From: Camelus dromedarius
Taxonomy: Eukaryota
DNA length: 64,000 bases
Reading direction: 5' to 3'
Assembly (NCBI RefSeq): GCF_036321535.1
Contig: NC_087438.1
Location: 9,736,001-9,800,000 of the forward strand
Under the pieces are notes generated by a model that ran no database searches, was not told where the DNA came from, and saw only the letters and a list, made by a program, of their open reading frames with translations. Positions 63,031-64,000 of this stretch are shown here, one piece after another. Every line of letters begins with the position of its first letter. Position 1 is the stretch's first letter. Both the position numbers and the translations under genes were made by a program.

Positions 63031-63703
63031 TTCTTTTTTAATTGAAGTATAGTCAGTTTACAATGTTGTGTCAATTTCTGGTGCACAGCATAGTGTTTCA
63101 ATTATACATAATCTTTTTTATTATAGGTTACTACAAGATATTGAATATAGTTCCCTGTGCTACACAGTATAAACTAGTTGTTTATCTATTTCATATAGAG
63201 TAGTTAGTATCTGCAAATCTCTAATTCCCAATTTATCCCTCCTGACCCGCTTCCCTTCCTGGTAATCATGTTTGTTTTCTACACCTGTGAGTCTGTTTCT
63301 GTTTTGTAAATAAGTTCATTTGGTTTTTTTTTTAGAGTCCACATATAAGTCATATTATATGGTATTTTTCTTTCTCTTTCTGGCTTACTTCACTTAGAAA
63401 AACAATCTCCAGATCTATCCATGTTGCTGCAAATGGCATTATTTTATTCTTTTTGTGGCTGAATAGTATTCCATTGTAAAAATATACCACAGCTTCTTTA
63501 TCCAGTCATCTGCCAATGGACATTGAGGTTGTTTCCATGTCTTGGCTATTGTAAATAATGCCACAATGAACACTGGGGTACTGTATCTTTTCAAAAAATA
63601 GTTCCCTCCAGATATATGCCCAGGAGTGGGCTTACTGGATCATATTGTAAGTCTATGCTTAGTTTTTTGAGGAATCTCTATACTATTTTCCATAAGGCTG
63701 CAG
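63031..63703 (-). mobile_element. Young camelid-type L1, 5'-truncated
   Basis: Reverse complement of the same family as 8978-9688 (attgaagtatagtcagtttacaatgttgtg...ttttttgaggaatctc); TSD caaatctt on both sides. Confidence 0.9.
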
Positions 63704-63764
63704 CAAATCTTAATGGGAACTTGACATAAATATATGTGAGCAGAAAATTATAATTCATTAGAAT

Positions 63765-63938
63765 AGAAGTTAGCAAAATGTTTCCATCAAGTGTCAGATA
63801 GTAAATATATTAGTCTTTGGGGGCCAAGAGGCAAAATGAAGACTATTGCTTAGGCACTTATTTTAAAATTTCATGAGCCATACAAATACAGGTGGTGGCT
63901 TAGATTTGGCCTGTGGGCCAGAGTTTGCCTGTCTCTAG
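63765..63938. mobile_element. MER58-like relic
   Basis: cagatagtaaatatattag...aatacaggtggtggcttagatttggcctgtgggccagagtttgcc. Confidence 0.7.
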
Positions 63939-64000
63939 ATCAGAACATTATAATATTAAATGCATAAGGCAAATTGCAGAACATTGTAATATTGAGTTGT

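Overview
Mammalian genomic DNA, probably a camelid (alpaca, llama or camel), judging from a Vic-1-like tRNA-derived SINE and the L1 3' ends. The minus strand carries the last 19 coding exons of DNAH5, the outer-arm axonemal dynein heavy chain 5 (62879 down to the TAA stop at 16755). These correspond to exons 61-79 of the 79-exon human model as I recall it. Every intron is GT-AG, the phases join, and the spliced CDS is 3594 nt (1197 aa plus stop) with no frameshift, covering stalk CC2, AAA5, AAA6 and the C-terminal domain. The rest is 3' UTR, introns and intergenic DNA full of L1, MIR, L2, LTR and DNA-transposon relics. I found no second gene and no CRISPR array. The most unusual features are: (1) an intronic 26-bp minisatellite with five intact UPRE/ATF6-XBP1-type TGACGTGG motifs, each fused to a GAAnnTTC heat-shock dyad; (2) an exact 113-bp tandem duplication next to a splice acceptor; (3) a sense-oriented, 5'-deleted ERV (3' LTR, PPT and internal remnant) just downstream of exon 62; (4) a twin-primed inverted L1 fragment; (5) several substitutions at dynein positions I recall as conserved. 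The regulatory readings are hypotheses, and repeat family names and human comparisons come from memory, not from searches.
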